Shown in pieces: positions 1 through 10,457 of a stretch of DNA of 64,000 nt (its first letter is position 1; each line of letters opens with the position of its first letter). Source of the DNA: Alphaproteobacteria bacterium (GTDB lineage Bacteria; Pseudomonadota; Alphaproteobacteria; Rs-D84); the NCBI GenBank assembly GCA_017409215.1, contig JAFQTD010000016.1, forward strand, positions 5,128 to 69,127, read 5' to 3'. Made by a program: the position numbers and the translations under genes. The notes beneath the pieces are model-generated. The model worked only from the letters and a program-made list of their open reading frames with translations. It searched no databases and was not told the origin of the DNA.

Positions 1-1079
1 AATTTGTTAAGAACATTGGCGACCTGATTGCGTGCCGCACCCTTGGACGAAAATGCGCCAAATTGTACCCCTGCCCCGCCTTTGACCACTGCAGATTGTT
101 GTGGCGCGGTTTTTTGCGCAGAATATTTTGGTGCAGCCGCAGTGGTTGCAGCATTGTATGCAGACGCAAATGTGTTTGGCGCATCATAGCTGTCATTTGC
201 AACAGGCGCAACTGTCTTGGTAGGCTCTGTGGTTTGTACGGGCGGGACATAGGTGTTATTAACAATTCCCCCAGCCCCAGATTGCAACATAGAAAAACCC
301 TTGGTCAGCATTTGCGCAGCAATATTTGCGCGAACATCTTTGTTTTCAGCACCCAATACAACAGACATTAGACGATGACCATTGCGATGCGCAGTCGCAA
401 CCAGCGAATATTTCGATTTCTTGGTATAGCCGGTCTTCATACCATCGCAGCCGTTGTATGACGATAACAAACGGTTGCCATTTGTATAAGTCTTGCCATT
501 ATATGTCCATGATTTAATGCCAAAAAAATGCCAATACTGGGGAAAATGCTTGTACACAGCCATCGATAACAACGCGATATCACGTGCAGTTGACATATGG
601 TCATCATTCGGCAGACCAGATGAATTTTCAAAATTAGTCTTGTTTAGTCCGATTTCACGCGCGACACGTGTCATCAAGTCCGCAAATGATTCTTCTTGGC
701 CACCTTTTAGATTTTCCGCCAATACGCGCGCAACATCGTTTGCACTGTATACAGCAACCGCCTTTATCGCGTCTTCGACACGAATTTTAGAACCAGCAGA
801 TAATCCAAGCTTTACAGGTTCTGCATTCGCGGCGGATTTAGACACAATTAAATAATCATCCAATGACAGGCGACCATGTTCCAACGCATCAAAAGTTAAG
901 TACAGGGTCATAATCTTGGTAAGACTGGCCGGATAATTTAATTCGTTGGCGTTTTCTTGGTATAATACGCGCCCTGTATCCATATCCGCAACCAAGGCCG
1001 CACGATACTGCGCAGCGGTTGCACAGGCCATACTAAGGCACATGTATAATGTGCTAAAAAAGAAAAACATTCTTCTCAT
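1..1079 (-). CDS. D-alanyl-D-alanine carboxypeptidase (peptidase S11) with probable C-terminal SPOR domain; runs off the window edge
   Basis: Manual translation from ATG at 1079 gives a signal peptide, then YPASLTKIMT (SxxK) and a later KTG motif; GAFSSKGAA near the edge is SPOR-like. Not in the ORF track because it is truncated. Confidence 0.85.
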   Translation of the reverse strand, partial: MRRMFFFFSTLYMCLSMACATAAQYRAALVADMDTGRVLYQENANELNYPASLTKIMTLYLTFDALEHGRLSLDDYLIVSKSAANAEPVKLGLSAGSKIRVEDAIKAVAVYSANDVARVLAENLKGGQEESFADLMTRVAREIGLNKTNFENSSGLPNDDHMSTARDIALLSMAVYKHFPQYWHFFGIKSWTYNGKTYTNGNRLLSSYNGCDGMKTGYTKKSKYSLVATAHRNGHRLMSVVLGAENKDVRANIAAQMLTKGFSMLQSGAGGIVNNTYVPPVQTTEPTKTVAPVANDSYDAPNTFASAYNAATTAAAPKYSAQKTAPQQSAVVKGGAGVQFGAFSSKGAARNQVANVLNK

Positions 1080-1186
1080 AATCAGAATATTAGAAAAAAA
1101 TGCGCCACTTGGTCAACAGGTAAAATAAATATTGCAACTTGAAAAAAGAAAAAAATTTTTTAACAATCGTGAACAAAGGATGTGTT

Positions 1187-1753
1187 ATGAAACAAAAGCC
1201 TGTGATTTGCGCGATTGTCGCAGTTGGTCCAGAAAACGTTATTGGGCGCGATAAGGTTATGCCATGGCATTGCCCAGATGATTTAAAGCACTTTAGAAAA
1301 ATAACAATGGGATACCCCTGTTTATTTGGCAGAAAAACATTTGAAGGAATGGGCAAACAACCATTGGACGGCAGAATAAACCTGATATGCAGTTCAAAAA
1401 AACAAGAACCTGTAAATAATACAAATCTGCAATATGTTGACAGTATTGAATCTGCGATTGCCCAATCCCAGCACTGGGATAAGATATTTATTTGTGGCGG
1501 GGCACAGATTTATAAATACGCATTAGATATGGATTTAATCGATGTGTTCTATCTGACAAAAATTAAAAACGCAGAACTGCAACAACAAGTCCTGCAAAAT
1601 CCGAAAAAATATACGTACTTTCCTGTGAATGTCGATACTTTCTTTACACCTGAAAAATGGACAAAGCAAGAAATCATATATCAAGATTTAAAACAAAACA
1701 AAAAGTCCGCCTGTGACGCAACCTTTCTGATGTTCACCAGGCGAACCATATAA
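1187..1753 (+). CDS. folA: Dihydrofolate reductase
   Basis: AIVAV..VIG..MPWH.PDDLKHFR..T..GRKTFE..PL.GR; IFICGGAQIY. Confidence 0.93.
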   Translation: MKQKPVICAIVAVGPENVIGRDKVMPWHCPDDLKHFRKITMGYPCLFGRKTFEGMGKQPLDGRINLICSSKKQEPVNNTNLQYVDSIESAIAQSQHWDKIFICGGAQIYKYALDMDLIDVFYLTKIKNAELQQQVLQNPKKYTYFPVNVDTFFTPEKWTKQEIIYQDLKQNKKSACDATFLMFTRRTI

Positions 1754-1779
1754 TCTGGACTTTAACAGCCAATACGACA

Positions 1780-2973
1780 TCATAAAGGCTCGATGGTACC
1801 GATGGATTTGCCTTCTACTTTTATCATAGCGTTCATCATAATCTCTAACTCTTCAGGCGTCAGGTTTTTTAATAAAACAGTATCAAGGTCACTTCTGTTC
1901 ACACCTTTTTCCCGCATTTCGGCCTTAACATTTTTTGCATATCTCACAGGATCATTAGCACCGTCCCCCTTTGGTGCGTATGTTTTAATTGCATTATATA
2001 TATCTTGGTTAGCATATGTATCGGTTTTTAGCAGCCAACGCATTGCTTCCCAGCCCTCTTCCCTTGTTGCAAACACAGAGAACCCACCGCTTCCTGCAAC
2101 GCAAACACGACCACATTCGAATGGAGACTTCCGTAGGTTACCCGGATTATTATTACGCCAATTTGGATTTCCTTTGAAATGTATTTTTTTTGCATCCAAA
2201 TACTTAACCCTATAACCATCCCTGTTGTGTAGGTTACATTTCACGTATGTTCCGTTTTCTACAGCATCTATACCCCCCCAATTCTGACAGGATCTGGGCG
2301 GAGTTTCATTATTAGTTTCATACCATTGTGTAATCATTGATTTGGGCGTTCCATACCAGGTTTCCTCGCCCTGCGACGAAGGCACAGTCTGGTGGGGCTG
2401 CGAAGAGGAATTATTCGATGTATCAGCATTAGGCGTTTCAACGGGGGTGTTATCAGGCGTTTCAACGGGGGTGTTATCAGGCGTTTCAACCGGTGTGTTA
2501 TCAGGCGTTTCAACGGGGGCAACAACAACTTGGTCCACCTCTACATTTGGTGCAGGATGTTCAACCCCGTAATATGACTGCAATTCAGTTGCAAAAGCTT
2601 TGCAATAATTACGCGCTGTTTTTTCGTTAATCCTTTCTTTGTTCAAGCCTGCTTCAATTGCGACTGAAAAAACACCCTTGCAAAAATCGGCCACACATCC
2701 GGAATTAATAAGCAAATTAGGGTCATTTTCAATACAATCATTAAAATCTGAAATCGCCATAACAATTACCTGATTGAAAATATTTTCGATATAATCTGGC
2801 ATCGAACCAAATGTATCAACCCATAAACTGGGTGCAGAAATAGTAAAAAATTTATCGATTTTTTCCTGAACATATCGGGCCTCTAATAAAATACTGTCAG
2901 ACGAACCAGCGCATACAATATGCGTATCCAATACCGCAATACATCCAAATAAGAAACTGTATATTTTTTTCAT
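1780..2973 (-). CDS. Secreted protein with Pro/Thr-rich linker and C-terminal lysozyme-like (RNNNPGNLR) domain
   Basis: Signal peptide, PVETPDNT repeats, NWRNNNPGNLR...FAT.EEGW.AM..LL...YAP...NDP..Y. Confidence 0.6.
   Translation of the reverse strand: MKKIYSFLFGCIAVLDTHIVCAGSSDSILLEARYVQEKIDKFFTISAPSLWVDTFGSMPDYIENIFNQVIVMAISDFNDCIENDPNLLINSGCVADFCKGVFSVAIEAGLNKERINEKTARNYCKAFATELQSYYGVEHPAPNVEVDQVVVAPVETPDNTPVETPDNTPVETPDNTPVETPNADTSNNSSSQPHQTVPSSQGEETWYGTPKSMITQWYETNNETPPRSCQNWGGIDAVENGTYVKCNLHNRDGYRVKYLDAKKIHFKGNPNWRNNNPGNLRKSPFECGRVCVAGSGGFSVFATREEGWEAMRWLLKTDTYANQDIYNAIKTYAPKGDGANDPVRYAKNVKAEMREKGVNRSDLDTVLLKNLTPEELEIMMNAMIKVEGKSIGTIEPL
2431..2520. repeat. 24-bp coding tandem repeat, about 3.7 copies (PVETPDNT)
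   Basis: aggcgtttcaacgggggtgttatc repeated at 2431, 2455, 2479 and 2503. Confidence 0.95.
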
Positions 2974-3010
2974 TTTTTCAATCCTGTGTCGCCCAATATA
3001 AGGGCGTATA

Positions 3011-3994
3011 TTATTTTAAAAGCGCAGTGCACTTTTCTGACACCTGTGCCACCTTTTTTATCGCGGATATCTGGCGTGCGTTAAATACCGTTGCCGTCAC
3101 AGACGCAGCCGCCGCACCAGCCGACAATACGTTTGATGCAGTATTTAGATTTTTTTCCTTTTGCTTGCCAGATTCGGTATCATCTTCGCGAATCTTCTTG
3201 CTGTTGGCAGAAATGCTGGTCGCGGTTCCGACACCGCCCAACCCCGCGCCAACCGCCGAAGATACCATTGCCCCCCGACCACGTTTAGCAATCGCATCAA
3301 CATCAACAAATTCATACTCTGAACACGCATCGTATATCTGGTCAGCCTCTGTCACATCAAGACCATTTAATTTTGCAGACAAAATCGCATTACGCAAATC
3401 TTGAACCGCTGAAACACAGGTATTTATTTGTGTTGAAATATCGTTTTTATTTACAGTCTTGCTGGCAATAACAGCGCCCGCAATATTGGTTGCTGTATTT
3501 CCCGCCAGCAATCCAGTCCGCCAATTTCCCAGCTTTTTTGATTTTTTAACCATTTCGTTTTCTGGTGCGGTTTGTGTCTGTTGCGCTTGTTTAATTGCAT
3601 CAACAAATTTCTGATAATCTTTTGTCACAGCAAAATTTATATTATTTATTAGAGTATTCGCGTTAGCTGCAAACTCTGCTTTTGTTGACAAATCCTGACC
3701 ATCGCCTTGGTAAATATAATTAGTTGATGCCATATCGTCGTACAGACTTTCTATCCGTTTATCAAGTTCGGCCTTGGTCAATCCAACCGCCAATGCACCA
3801 ACCCCCAACGCAGACCCAACAGATGTGACAGCAGTATTTACACCAGCCAACACCTTTAAATCATGCAGATTATCATCAATATCAACGCACGCACGATACG
3901 TGTTTCGCAATGCAGCATCTAAATCCAGAAATTCCGCCCCATGGGCATTACATGAAATAGTGCCAAGTAATAAAAATGCAAATCTTCCTTTCAT
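3011..3994 (-). CDS. Hypothetical secreted/membrane protein with Gly/Ala-rich hydrophobic helices
   Basis: 327-aa ORF with signal peptide and glycine-zipper-like segments. Confidence 0.7.
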   Translation of the reverse strand: MKGRFAFLLLGTISCNAHGAEFLDLDAALRNTYRACVDIDDNLHDLKVLAGVNTAVTSVGSALGVGALAVGLTKAELDKRIESLYDDMASTNYIYQGDGQDLSTKAEFAANANTLINNINFAVTKDYQKFVDAIKQAQQTQTAPENEMVKKSKKLGNWRTGLLAGNTATNIAGAVIASKTVNKNDISTQINTCVSAVQDLRNAILSAKLNGLDVTEADQIYDACSEYEFVDVDAIAKRGRGAMVSSAVGAGLGGVGTATSISANSKKIREDDTESGKQKEKNLNTASNVLSAGAAAASVTATVFNARQISAIKKVAQVSEKCTALLK

Positions 3995-4121
3995 ATTTCT
4001 ATAATATCATATTTCATCATAATCGCACAACTAAAAAAAACATTTATACCAAAACTATACTGTTGACAATCGCGCTTTTTGTGTTATTATCGATTTGCAA
4101 TATCAACTAATGGTTTTGATT

Positions 4122-5996
4122 ATGAACGACTACTATGTGTCAGAAGCACAAATTAATAAAATAGCAACCCAAATTGAAAATTCTGATGAAAACCCATTGG
4201 AATTATTGTGGGATTTTTATGATACAATTAAATCCATTGACTTTTTTTTGGACTTGAATCCAACCGTTTCAAGATGTTATTTTCAATTATTAAACAAATT
4301 GAACGATGAAGCAATCAAAGATTCTATTCGTACTATTTCTAAAATCAAGCCATCCGTTTTATTGTTTGATGATAAAGGTATACGTGCGTTGGTAAAAAAG
4401 CACCCTGCCCTGACCAATTGGCTGTATAGGCATCTAAAAAAATTAATGACAGAATCAGAAAATTACGATTATATGTATATCAAACAACTATCTGGGATTA
4501 TCATAGCATCTATGGGCAATACGACACAGAAATTATTTAAAGACTTGGCCGGCGTGTCCGAGCATCTTAAAACCGTATTGATTTATGCGGGATTAAACTT
4601 TATTTACAAAAACAAGGCAAATCTTAGAAAAAATATCTTAGTGTTCTTGTGCTCTGCAACAAACAATGCTAATCAAGCGGTTGAAGCATATAAGCTGATG
4701 AATAAAATTATCGCGTACGATAAATCTGCAGCAAGTGCTTTCTTGGATACAATTGAAAAAACACTAAATACCGATATCACAAATAAATCGTTGTTGAAAT
4801 ATATCGTCTTATTACTGTCTGAAATTTATGAACTGCCTGAACACAGAATGCGCACTACAAAACTGTTATTACAGGCACAAAATATGGCCAAAGATGACTT
4901 GCAAACAGTTCGGGTCGCTGCGCGAAAATTGGGTCAGGAAGAATTGCTGTGCAGCAGAATGAAAATTGGACAACGTATAGAATCAGGTAAAGATAATAAC
5001 TGGAAATTCGTCGACTGTATTCCATTGGACACGCCTGCGGTCTTGATACTGGGGGGCGACGGGACAACCAATCCACGGGCTGCCAATGGATATGCAAAAA
5101 GAATATTAGAAAAATTGAAAAAAGAAAACATAACAAATACAAATGTATACAGCATCGTTTATGACTTTGGTGATACAATGATGGGATGCAAGCCACTAAA
5201 TGCAAGAAATATTCAGATGAAAAAATATGGACGAAAAATTATATTGGATGACATCTATACCAAAGAAAACATAAACCCAAATTATATAACAGAACTGTTC
5301 GAAATCGCAATACGACCAAGAATCGAAGAAAACGGAAAAAAATTACCAATTGATGTCGCAATGAAAAATATCAGAAAAATTAACTTTGTGACGCATTGTC
5401 ATGGCGCATATACATTCCAAAAACTGGAAGAAATGATGCAACAAAAAATGACTGATTTGGGCTATTCAAGCGCAGAAAAGAATCAAATCCAAAAACAAAT
5501 GGTATGTATCGCGCATGCACCACATTGCCCATTGGAAAAAGCAAAATCAACGGTAATAAATTTTGCATCTGCCAAGGACTTTGACACAAAACACTATAAT
5601 AAATTTCAAGAAATTCTGCAAAAACTGGATAAAAAACATCAATTGCATTTTTCGTTCTTTTCGGAAAAGTACGGAAATGTTTTTGTCGCACCACAGATAT
5701 ATGACATGTGGTTTCAACGCGATTTTGTCGGATTCGATGTAAACAGACTGGAACACGACTTTACGGATTATGACGACGATTATGAATTATTAACCACAGA
5801 AGGTGTGACAATCAAAAAATTATCTGGGAACGCACTGGTTAACGCAGTTAGAAGCTCTGAAAATAACACGCCTGTCACAAGTGTAAAAAGCCTGACATGT
5901 GAAAACGAAGATAAATTAGCAGAAATATTCGCAACACTGGAAAAAAACGGTGTTGAAATGTATCAACAAATCTTGGAAAAAGCACGCACAAGATAA
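4122..5996 (+). CDS. Hypothetical protein: helical N-terminus plus alpha/beta-hydrolase-like C-terminal domain (HCHGA)
   Basis: Long ORF with motifs LGGDG, THCHGAY, APHCPL and SAKD that are shared with 8980..10422. Confidence 0.7.
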   Translation: MNDYYVSEAQINKIATQIENSDENPLELLWDFYDTIKSIDFFLDLNPTVSRCYFQLLNKLNDEAIKDSIRTISKIKPSVLLFDDKGIRALVKKHPALTNWLYRHLKKLMTESENYDYMYIKQLSGIIIASMGNTTQKLFKDLAGVSEHLKTVLIYAGLNFIYKNKANLRKNILVFLCSATNNANQAVEAYKLMNKIIAYDKSAASAFLDTIEKTLNTDITNKSLLKYIVLLLSEIYELPEHRMRTTKLLLQAQNMAKDDLQTVRVAARKLGQEELLCSRMKIGQRIESGKDNNWKFVDCIPLDTPAVLILGGDGTTNPRAANGYAKRILEKLKKENITNTNVYSIVYDFGDTMMGCKPLNARNIQMKKYGRKIILDDIYTKENINPNYITELFEIAIRPRIEENGKKLPIDVAMKNIRKINFVTHCHGAYTFQKLEEMMQQKMTDLGYSSAEKNQIQKQMVCIAHAPHCPLEKAKSTVINFASAKDFDTKHYNKFQEILQKLDKKHQLHFSFFSEKYGNVFVAPQIYDMWFQRDFVGFDVNRLEHDFTDYDDDYELLTTEGVTIKKLSGNALVNAVRSSENNTPVTSVKSLTCENEDKLAEIFATLEKNGVEMYQQILEKARTR

Positions 5997-6114
5997 GATG
6001 TTTGACATCCATATTTTTTGTGATACAATTATATGCGAATTCGGATTATTCTGAAATTCAATGTGGATTTAACCTGACTTGTCCCACATTAACGGACTAA
6101 AAAAGGAATTTATT

Positions 6115-6603
6115 ATGAAAAAAATTATCGTAACGGCTGCAAAGCCAGAATTAGCTTCTATTTCTTTGTTGTTTGATAACATTGAAATTATATTGAAAAA
6201 CAAGCACCTTATATTAAACAATCCCGATTTTTATAACATACGTATTAATGGCATTGGCGCAGGCAGTGCATATACAGGCGAAATACTTATTCCGTTGGGG
6301 GTATTGTTGCGGCTGTGGGATGGTGACCTGTGGAAAAACAACAATCAATTTACATATCATATTGGTGGCAGTCCACTTAGCGGTCTGTGCTATGAGCACT
6401 GCTGGGATGCAAAAACAAAGTCTTTTGTCCAAAAAACCGGCAGAAACTTTGTTTCACTGGCACGTCCGGCATTCCGTATCATGAATAACGAAAGTGAATC
6501 TGCGACGGATTATCCGATACGTATCCCACACACAGAAAAAGCAATTAAAACAGTACAAATAAAAGATATACTGGATTACATTGCCGCATATAAATGCAAA
6601 TAA
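6115..6603 (+). CDS. Hypothetical protein
   Basis: ORF preceded by AAGGA RBS and a TTGACA promoter-like element near 6002. Confidence 0.6.
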   Translation: MKKIIVTAAKPELASISLLFDNIEIILKNKHLILNNPDFYNIRINGIGAGSAYTGEILIPLGVLLRLWDGDLWKNNNQFTYHIGGSPLSGLCYEHCWDAKTKSFVQKTGRNFVSLARPAFRIMNNESESATDYPIRIPHTEKAIKTVQIKDILDYIAAYKCK

Positions 6604-6668
6604 CATATCACTTTTCAAGACAAATCAGGCATTCACAATAATCAACACAGGCACAGCCTGTGTTTTTT

Positions 6669-6947
6669 TTATCTTTGGCGATTGTGTTTATTGATGTTTT
6701 TTAAGATTTCTTGGTGTTTTTCTTGGAACACACTGCCCAAATACAAGCAACACGCCCCCAACAAATACAAACACAACGCGTATTTTATATCATCTTTGAA
6801 ATGTCCAGAAACCGCAAGACCTGTTAGTGAAAGCAGACTAGCAATGCCGGCACCCTTTGATAATTGCCCCATTATTTTGGCGCGCTTTGCCTTTTTTAAT
6901 TGATTCTTATTACTTCGATCTGGGTCACTTGAATTATTTGATGCCAT
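6669..6947 (-). CDS. Small two-TM membrane protein
   Basis: Two hydrophobic segments. Confidence 0.55.
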   Translation of the reverse strand: MASNNSSDPDRSNKNQLKKAKRAKIMGQLSKGAGIASLLSLTGLAVSGHFKDDIKYALCLYLLGACCLYLGSVFQEKHQEILKNINKHNRQR

Positions 6948-7090
6948 ATTTTTTCCATTTATCTATATGTTTATCATACGCTTATTAGTTTTGCAATAAA
7001 AACAAATTTCTATTCTTTACTGCGAAAAAAATACCCTTTGACATAAAGATTAAAACTTTGCAATACTGTACTTGCACTGGCGGAGAGATT

Positions 7091-7456
7091 ATGAAACATC
7101 TGATTCAATTTGCAATTATTATGATTTTTGTGCTGTTGGGGGAAATTGTCGCGACGATTGTTCCATTGCCAATCGCAGGTAGTATTTATGGTTTGATTTT
7201 GCTGTTCTTGGCACTGTGCACAGGAATCGTGAAACTTAGGTGGGTTGATGATGTTGCAAACTGGTTGCATGGTATTATGGCACTGTTCTTTATCGGGCCA
7301 GCCGTCGCAATCATAGAAATTTGGCCACAAATCAAAGACACTTGGTGGAAGATAGTTATTCTGTTAATCGCTGTGTATGTGGTTTCTATGATAATGACCG
7401 CAGTCACAGCAGAATTCTTTTTGCGAAACAAAACAGAATCACAGGACAAAAAATGA
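7091..7456 (+). CDS. cidA: CidA/LrgA family holin-like protein
   Basis: QF.II..F.LLGE......PLPIAGSIYGLILLF..L; LFFIGPAV. Confidence 0.9.
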   Translation: MKHLIQFAIIMIFVLLGEIVATIVPLPIAGSIYGLILLFLALCTGIVKLRWVDDVANWLHGIMALFFIGPAVAIIEIWPQIKDTWWKIVILLIAVYVVSMIMTAVTAEFFLRNKTESQDKK

Positions 7457-8148
7457 TGGACCAAATAATATCAACACCTTATTTTGGAACGACGCTGACA
7501 CTGCTGGTTTTTATATTTGCTGTTTTTGTTAACAGGAAATGGCCCAATGCATTGACCACGCCTTTGTTGATATCGACAGCAATTATTGTTGTAATATTGA
7601 CCCTGATGAATGTGTCGTATACAGAATATAATAATGGTGCACAATACATAACATATTTTCTGACACCTGTGACGGTTTGCTTTGCGGTACCAATGTATAA
7701 AAATCTGGATGTGTTAAAGAAATATGCTGCGCCAATTATGCTGGCAATCCTTGTTGGGTCTTTGTCATCTGTGTTTTCAGTTGTTATCATAAGTATTGTT
7801 CTGGGGCTGGGGGATGTTATCGCAAAGTCACTGGCGGCAATTTCTACGACAACAGCGATTGCAATTGGTATTACACAAGAATTGGGTGGAAATACGGGGC
7901 TTACAACATCTGCAGTGATTATCACAGGTGTCCTGGGCGCATCTGTCAGTGATATTTTTTGCAGAAAGATGGGCTGGAAAAGCCCGATATCGTGTGGAAT
8001 CGCAATTGGCACATCGGCACATTCAGCCGGCACTATCAAGGCAATGGAAATGGGTAAATTAACCGGCGCAATGAGCAGTCTGGCAATCGTAATATCGGGT
8101 GTTATGACCGCTTTTATCGCACCAATTATTGTAAATATATTCTTTTAA
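7453..8148 (+). CDS. lrgB: LrgB/CidB family protein
   Basis: L.P.TV.FAVPMY; S.TTAIAI; G.AIGTSAH.AGT.KA.E; coupled to cidA by ATGA overlap. Confidence 0.9.
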   Translation: MMDQIISTPYFGTTLTLLVFIFAVFVNRKWPNALTTPLLISTAIIVVILTLMNVSYTEYNNGAQYITYFLTPVTVCFAVPMYKNLDVLKKYAAPIMLAILVGSLSSVFSVVIISIVLGLGDVIAKSLAAISTTTAIAIGITQELGGNTGLTTSAVIITGVLGASVSDIFCRKMGWKSPISCGIAIGTSAHSAGTIKAMEMGKLTGAMSSLAIVISGVMTAFIAPIIVNIFF

Positions 8149-8166
8149 AGTTGACACTTTGCTTTT

Positions 8167-8985
8167 TTGTGTTATTCTCACAAAAAAGAGGCTCTTTTGA
8201 CTATCGAATATAAAAATATTATCATTAACAAAAATAATATCGCTGAATATCAAAACCTTGATTATTTGACAGGTGGTGAATACGCGCCAAAATGGACTGC
8301 ATTGGGCGAGATTGCACCCGATGGCGATAAAGTCATTTTGTATAAATATAGCATCGATAGCGAATTAAATTTATCACCATATGATAAATTACGTGACCTT
8401 GTAAAAAGCTCTAACGAAGAAATGCCATATTCTTTAATACACGAATCCCATCACTCACATAATGCAAATACAGGGTTTTCTTTTAATCAAATCAATCGTA
8501 TTTGTTATACATATATCGCAGCATATTTATTAGATGAGATTTCTGCGCGTATGGCTGCAAATATGTATCGTGTACCAAACCCGAACACTCAATTCGATGG
8601 ATTGAATATAAAAGAACGCGCACTGCTGAGTGCAATACAATCATTTTCTGACAAGCAATTATGCATTGAATACTGCAATTTAGCGGCAACTACATATATG
8701 TGCTGTATTGTTGCAATGCTAAGAAACGGTCAAATCAATCACGCCCGCGATATTGTGTTGAAACAAATACCACTACATGCTGACTATAAAAAACATCGGC
8801 GATTCTATACAGACAATTTTTACAACACTGTAAATCAGTATTTTGTAATTGATAATATCGATGTTAAGCCAAGCATTGGTCAAGAAGCAAAGTTAAAATT
8901 TGAAAAAATATGGCAGACAATTACACCCATTATATTCAATATGTCGCAACAGTGTCTGATGTATATAAAGCAAAATTGTTTATAG
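8167..8985 (+). CDS. Hypothetical protein with HExxH (zincin-like) motif; start uncertain
   Basis: LIHESHH followed downstream by DEISA. Confidence 0.55.
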   Translation: MCYSHKKEALLTIEYKNIIINKNNIAEYQNLDYLTGGEYAPKWTALGEIAPDGDKVILYKYSIDSELNLSPYDKLRDLVKSSNEEMPYSLIHESHHSHNANTGFSFNQINRICYTYIAAYLLDEISARMAANMYRVPNPNTQFDGLNIKERALLSAIQSFSDKQLCIEYCNLAATTYMCCIVAMLRNGQINHARDIVLKQIPLHADYKKHRRFYTDNFYNTVNQYFVIDNIDVKPSIGQEAKLKFEKIWQTITPIIFNMSQQCLMYIKQNCL

Positions 8986-10422
8986 TCGCTCTGTTGTATC
9001 ACGATGCCTGACCACAGATGGTTCCGGCATCATGTTTTTTAATTTTTCCTGTGCATATTCACAAACCGTTTTCAGAAATTCACGTCCGTTCTGCTTTAAT
9101 TTTTTAAATACAGCAGATAGCTCTGAATCATTTTTGCCATCTAGTATTAATTCTTCAATTGGGGGCAAAGGAATAAAATCTGTTTCTTGGGCCAATGAAT
9201 TTTTTATGCCAGAAATAACTATATTGCGTGATATATCGGCCAATAACCTGCCGTCGGATGTGAATTTTTCAGATTCAAAGTGCGAACTGTTATGTTCATT
9301 CCAACTAATCTTTTTTGTACTGTCAACATCATCCAAGACAAAACGTTGCTTTACATAAAAAACATTACCATTCTTGCCGTCTAGAAAGCCTGTTTTTAAA
9401 TTCCATTCAGGGTCATTCTTTGACTGATTGATATTTTTTAATTCGCAAACGCGATTTTCTTGTACATATTGCGATACCCAATTGTTTGGACGTTCAACAA
9501 CAGAATCATACGCAGACATAAAACTGATAAATTGCGTTTTGGTTTTGCCCAGCGGGCATGATGGTGCCAATGCAACAACCAACAACTGGGATTGTATCAG
9601 GTCTATATCCTGTTTTGTATATCCCAATTCATACATCTTTTTTTGCATTTTTTCAGCCAGCATAGTCGCAACATACGCACCATGACAATGCGCCAAGATA
9701 TTAAGTTTTCTGATACGTTTTTGGGCGACATCTATCGGCAATTTGTTCCCGTTTTGGTCTGTAATTCTGGGCAATAAAATATTGTTGAATAAATTATCTA
9801 TATATTTTGGCTTAAAATGCGTGGAATATGCCACAGTGTTATTGTGCAGCGCATTTTTTATAGCATTGATATCAGAATCCGAAAAATCAAGTTCTGACTG
9901 TTTTTGCTTTAAATTATAATCCAGTGTATAAAGCACCTGTTCGCGATTGCCATCTGCAACAAGGTATAAATTATCGCCTATTAGTCGGCCATACTTTTTA
10001 ATCAAAGGGTATATTTTCTGTCTGAATACACTGTCGGCATTATCAGGTGTTATATAAATATTTTGCCTGCCTTCGGGATTTTTCAATATATTCTGCCCAT
10101 ATCTGTCAAACTGTATCTGACGTTCCATTGCAGTCTTGCTGACCACACCACTGCCACTGTTTATGATTTTTGCATCATATGCCAACACATAAATTGGGAC
10201 ATTCGCAACATCAGATAATATTTCGCGTGCAACAATACCCGCCAGTTTTGCAGCACGCCCCGTATCAACGATACCAGAACCACCCAGATACAAAACACAA
10301 GTTTCATCGGCAGCAATACCGTCAACCGCGCTTATACTACAATTATTGTCGTCTGTTTTGCTGTATAGATAAATTGTTGTATTATCAGATGGCATATATA
10401 TTTCCCTTGGCTTCACAGGCAT
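8980..10422 (-). CDS. Hypothetical alpha/beta-hydrolase-like protein (HCHGA), paralog of 4122..5996
   Basis: LGGSG, AHCHGAY, APSCPL, SAYD, NEH. Confidence 0.7.
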   Translation of the reverse strand: MPVKPREIYMPSDNTTIYLYSKTDDNNCSISAVDGIAADETCVLYLGGSGIVDTGRAAKLAGIVAREILSDVANVPIYVLAYDAKIINSGSGVVSKTAMERQIQFDRYGQNILKNPEGRQNIYITPDNADSVFRQKIYPLIKKYGRLIGDNLYLVADGNREQVLYTLDYNLKQKQSELDFSDSDINAIKNALHNNTVAYSTHFKPKYIDNLFNNILLPRITDQNGNKLPIDVAQKRIRKLNILAHCHGAYVATMLAEKMQKKMYELGYTKQDIDLIQSQLLVVALAPSCPLGKTKTQFISFMSAYDSVVERPNNWVSQYVQENRVCELKNINQSKNDPEWNLKTGFLDGKNGNVFYVKQRFVLDDVDSTKKISWNEHNSSHFESEKFTSDGRLLADISRNIVISGIKNSLAQETDFIPLPPIEELILDGKNDSELSAVFKKLKQNGREFLKTVCEYAQEKLKNMMPEPSVVRHRDTTERL

Positions 10423-10430
10423 TATAACAC

Positions 10431-10457
10431 AAAAAAGCCCTGAACGGGCTTTTTTTT
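10431..10457. terminator. Rho-independent terminator-like hairpin
   Basis: aaaaaagccc-tgaac-gggcttttttt. Confidence 0.7.

Noticed and set aside
63-1128. Plus-strand ORFs in the track
   Set aside because: Shadows of the minus-strand carboxypeptidase; similar antisense shadow ORFs elsewhere were ignored
2431-2520. Possible CRISPR array
   Set aside because: Contiguous in-frame tandem repeat with no spacers and no cas genes
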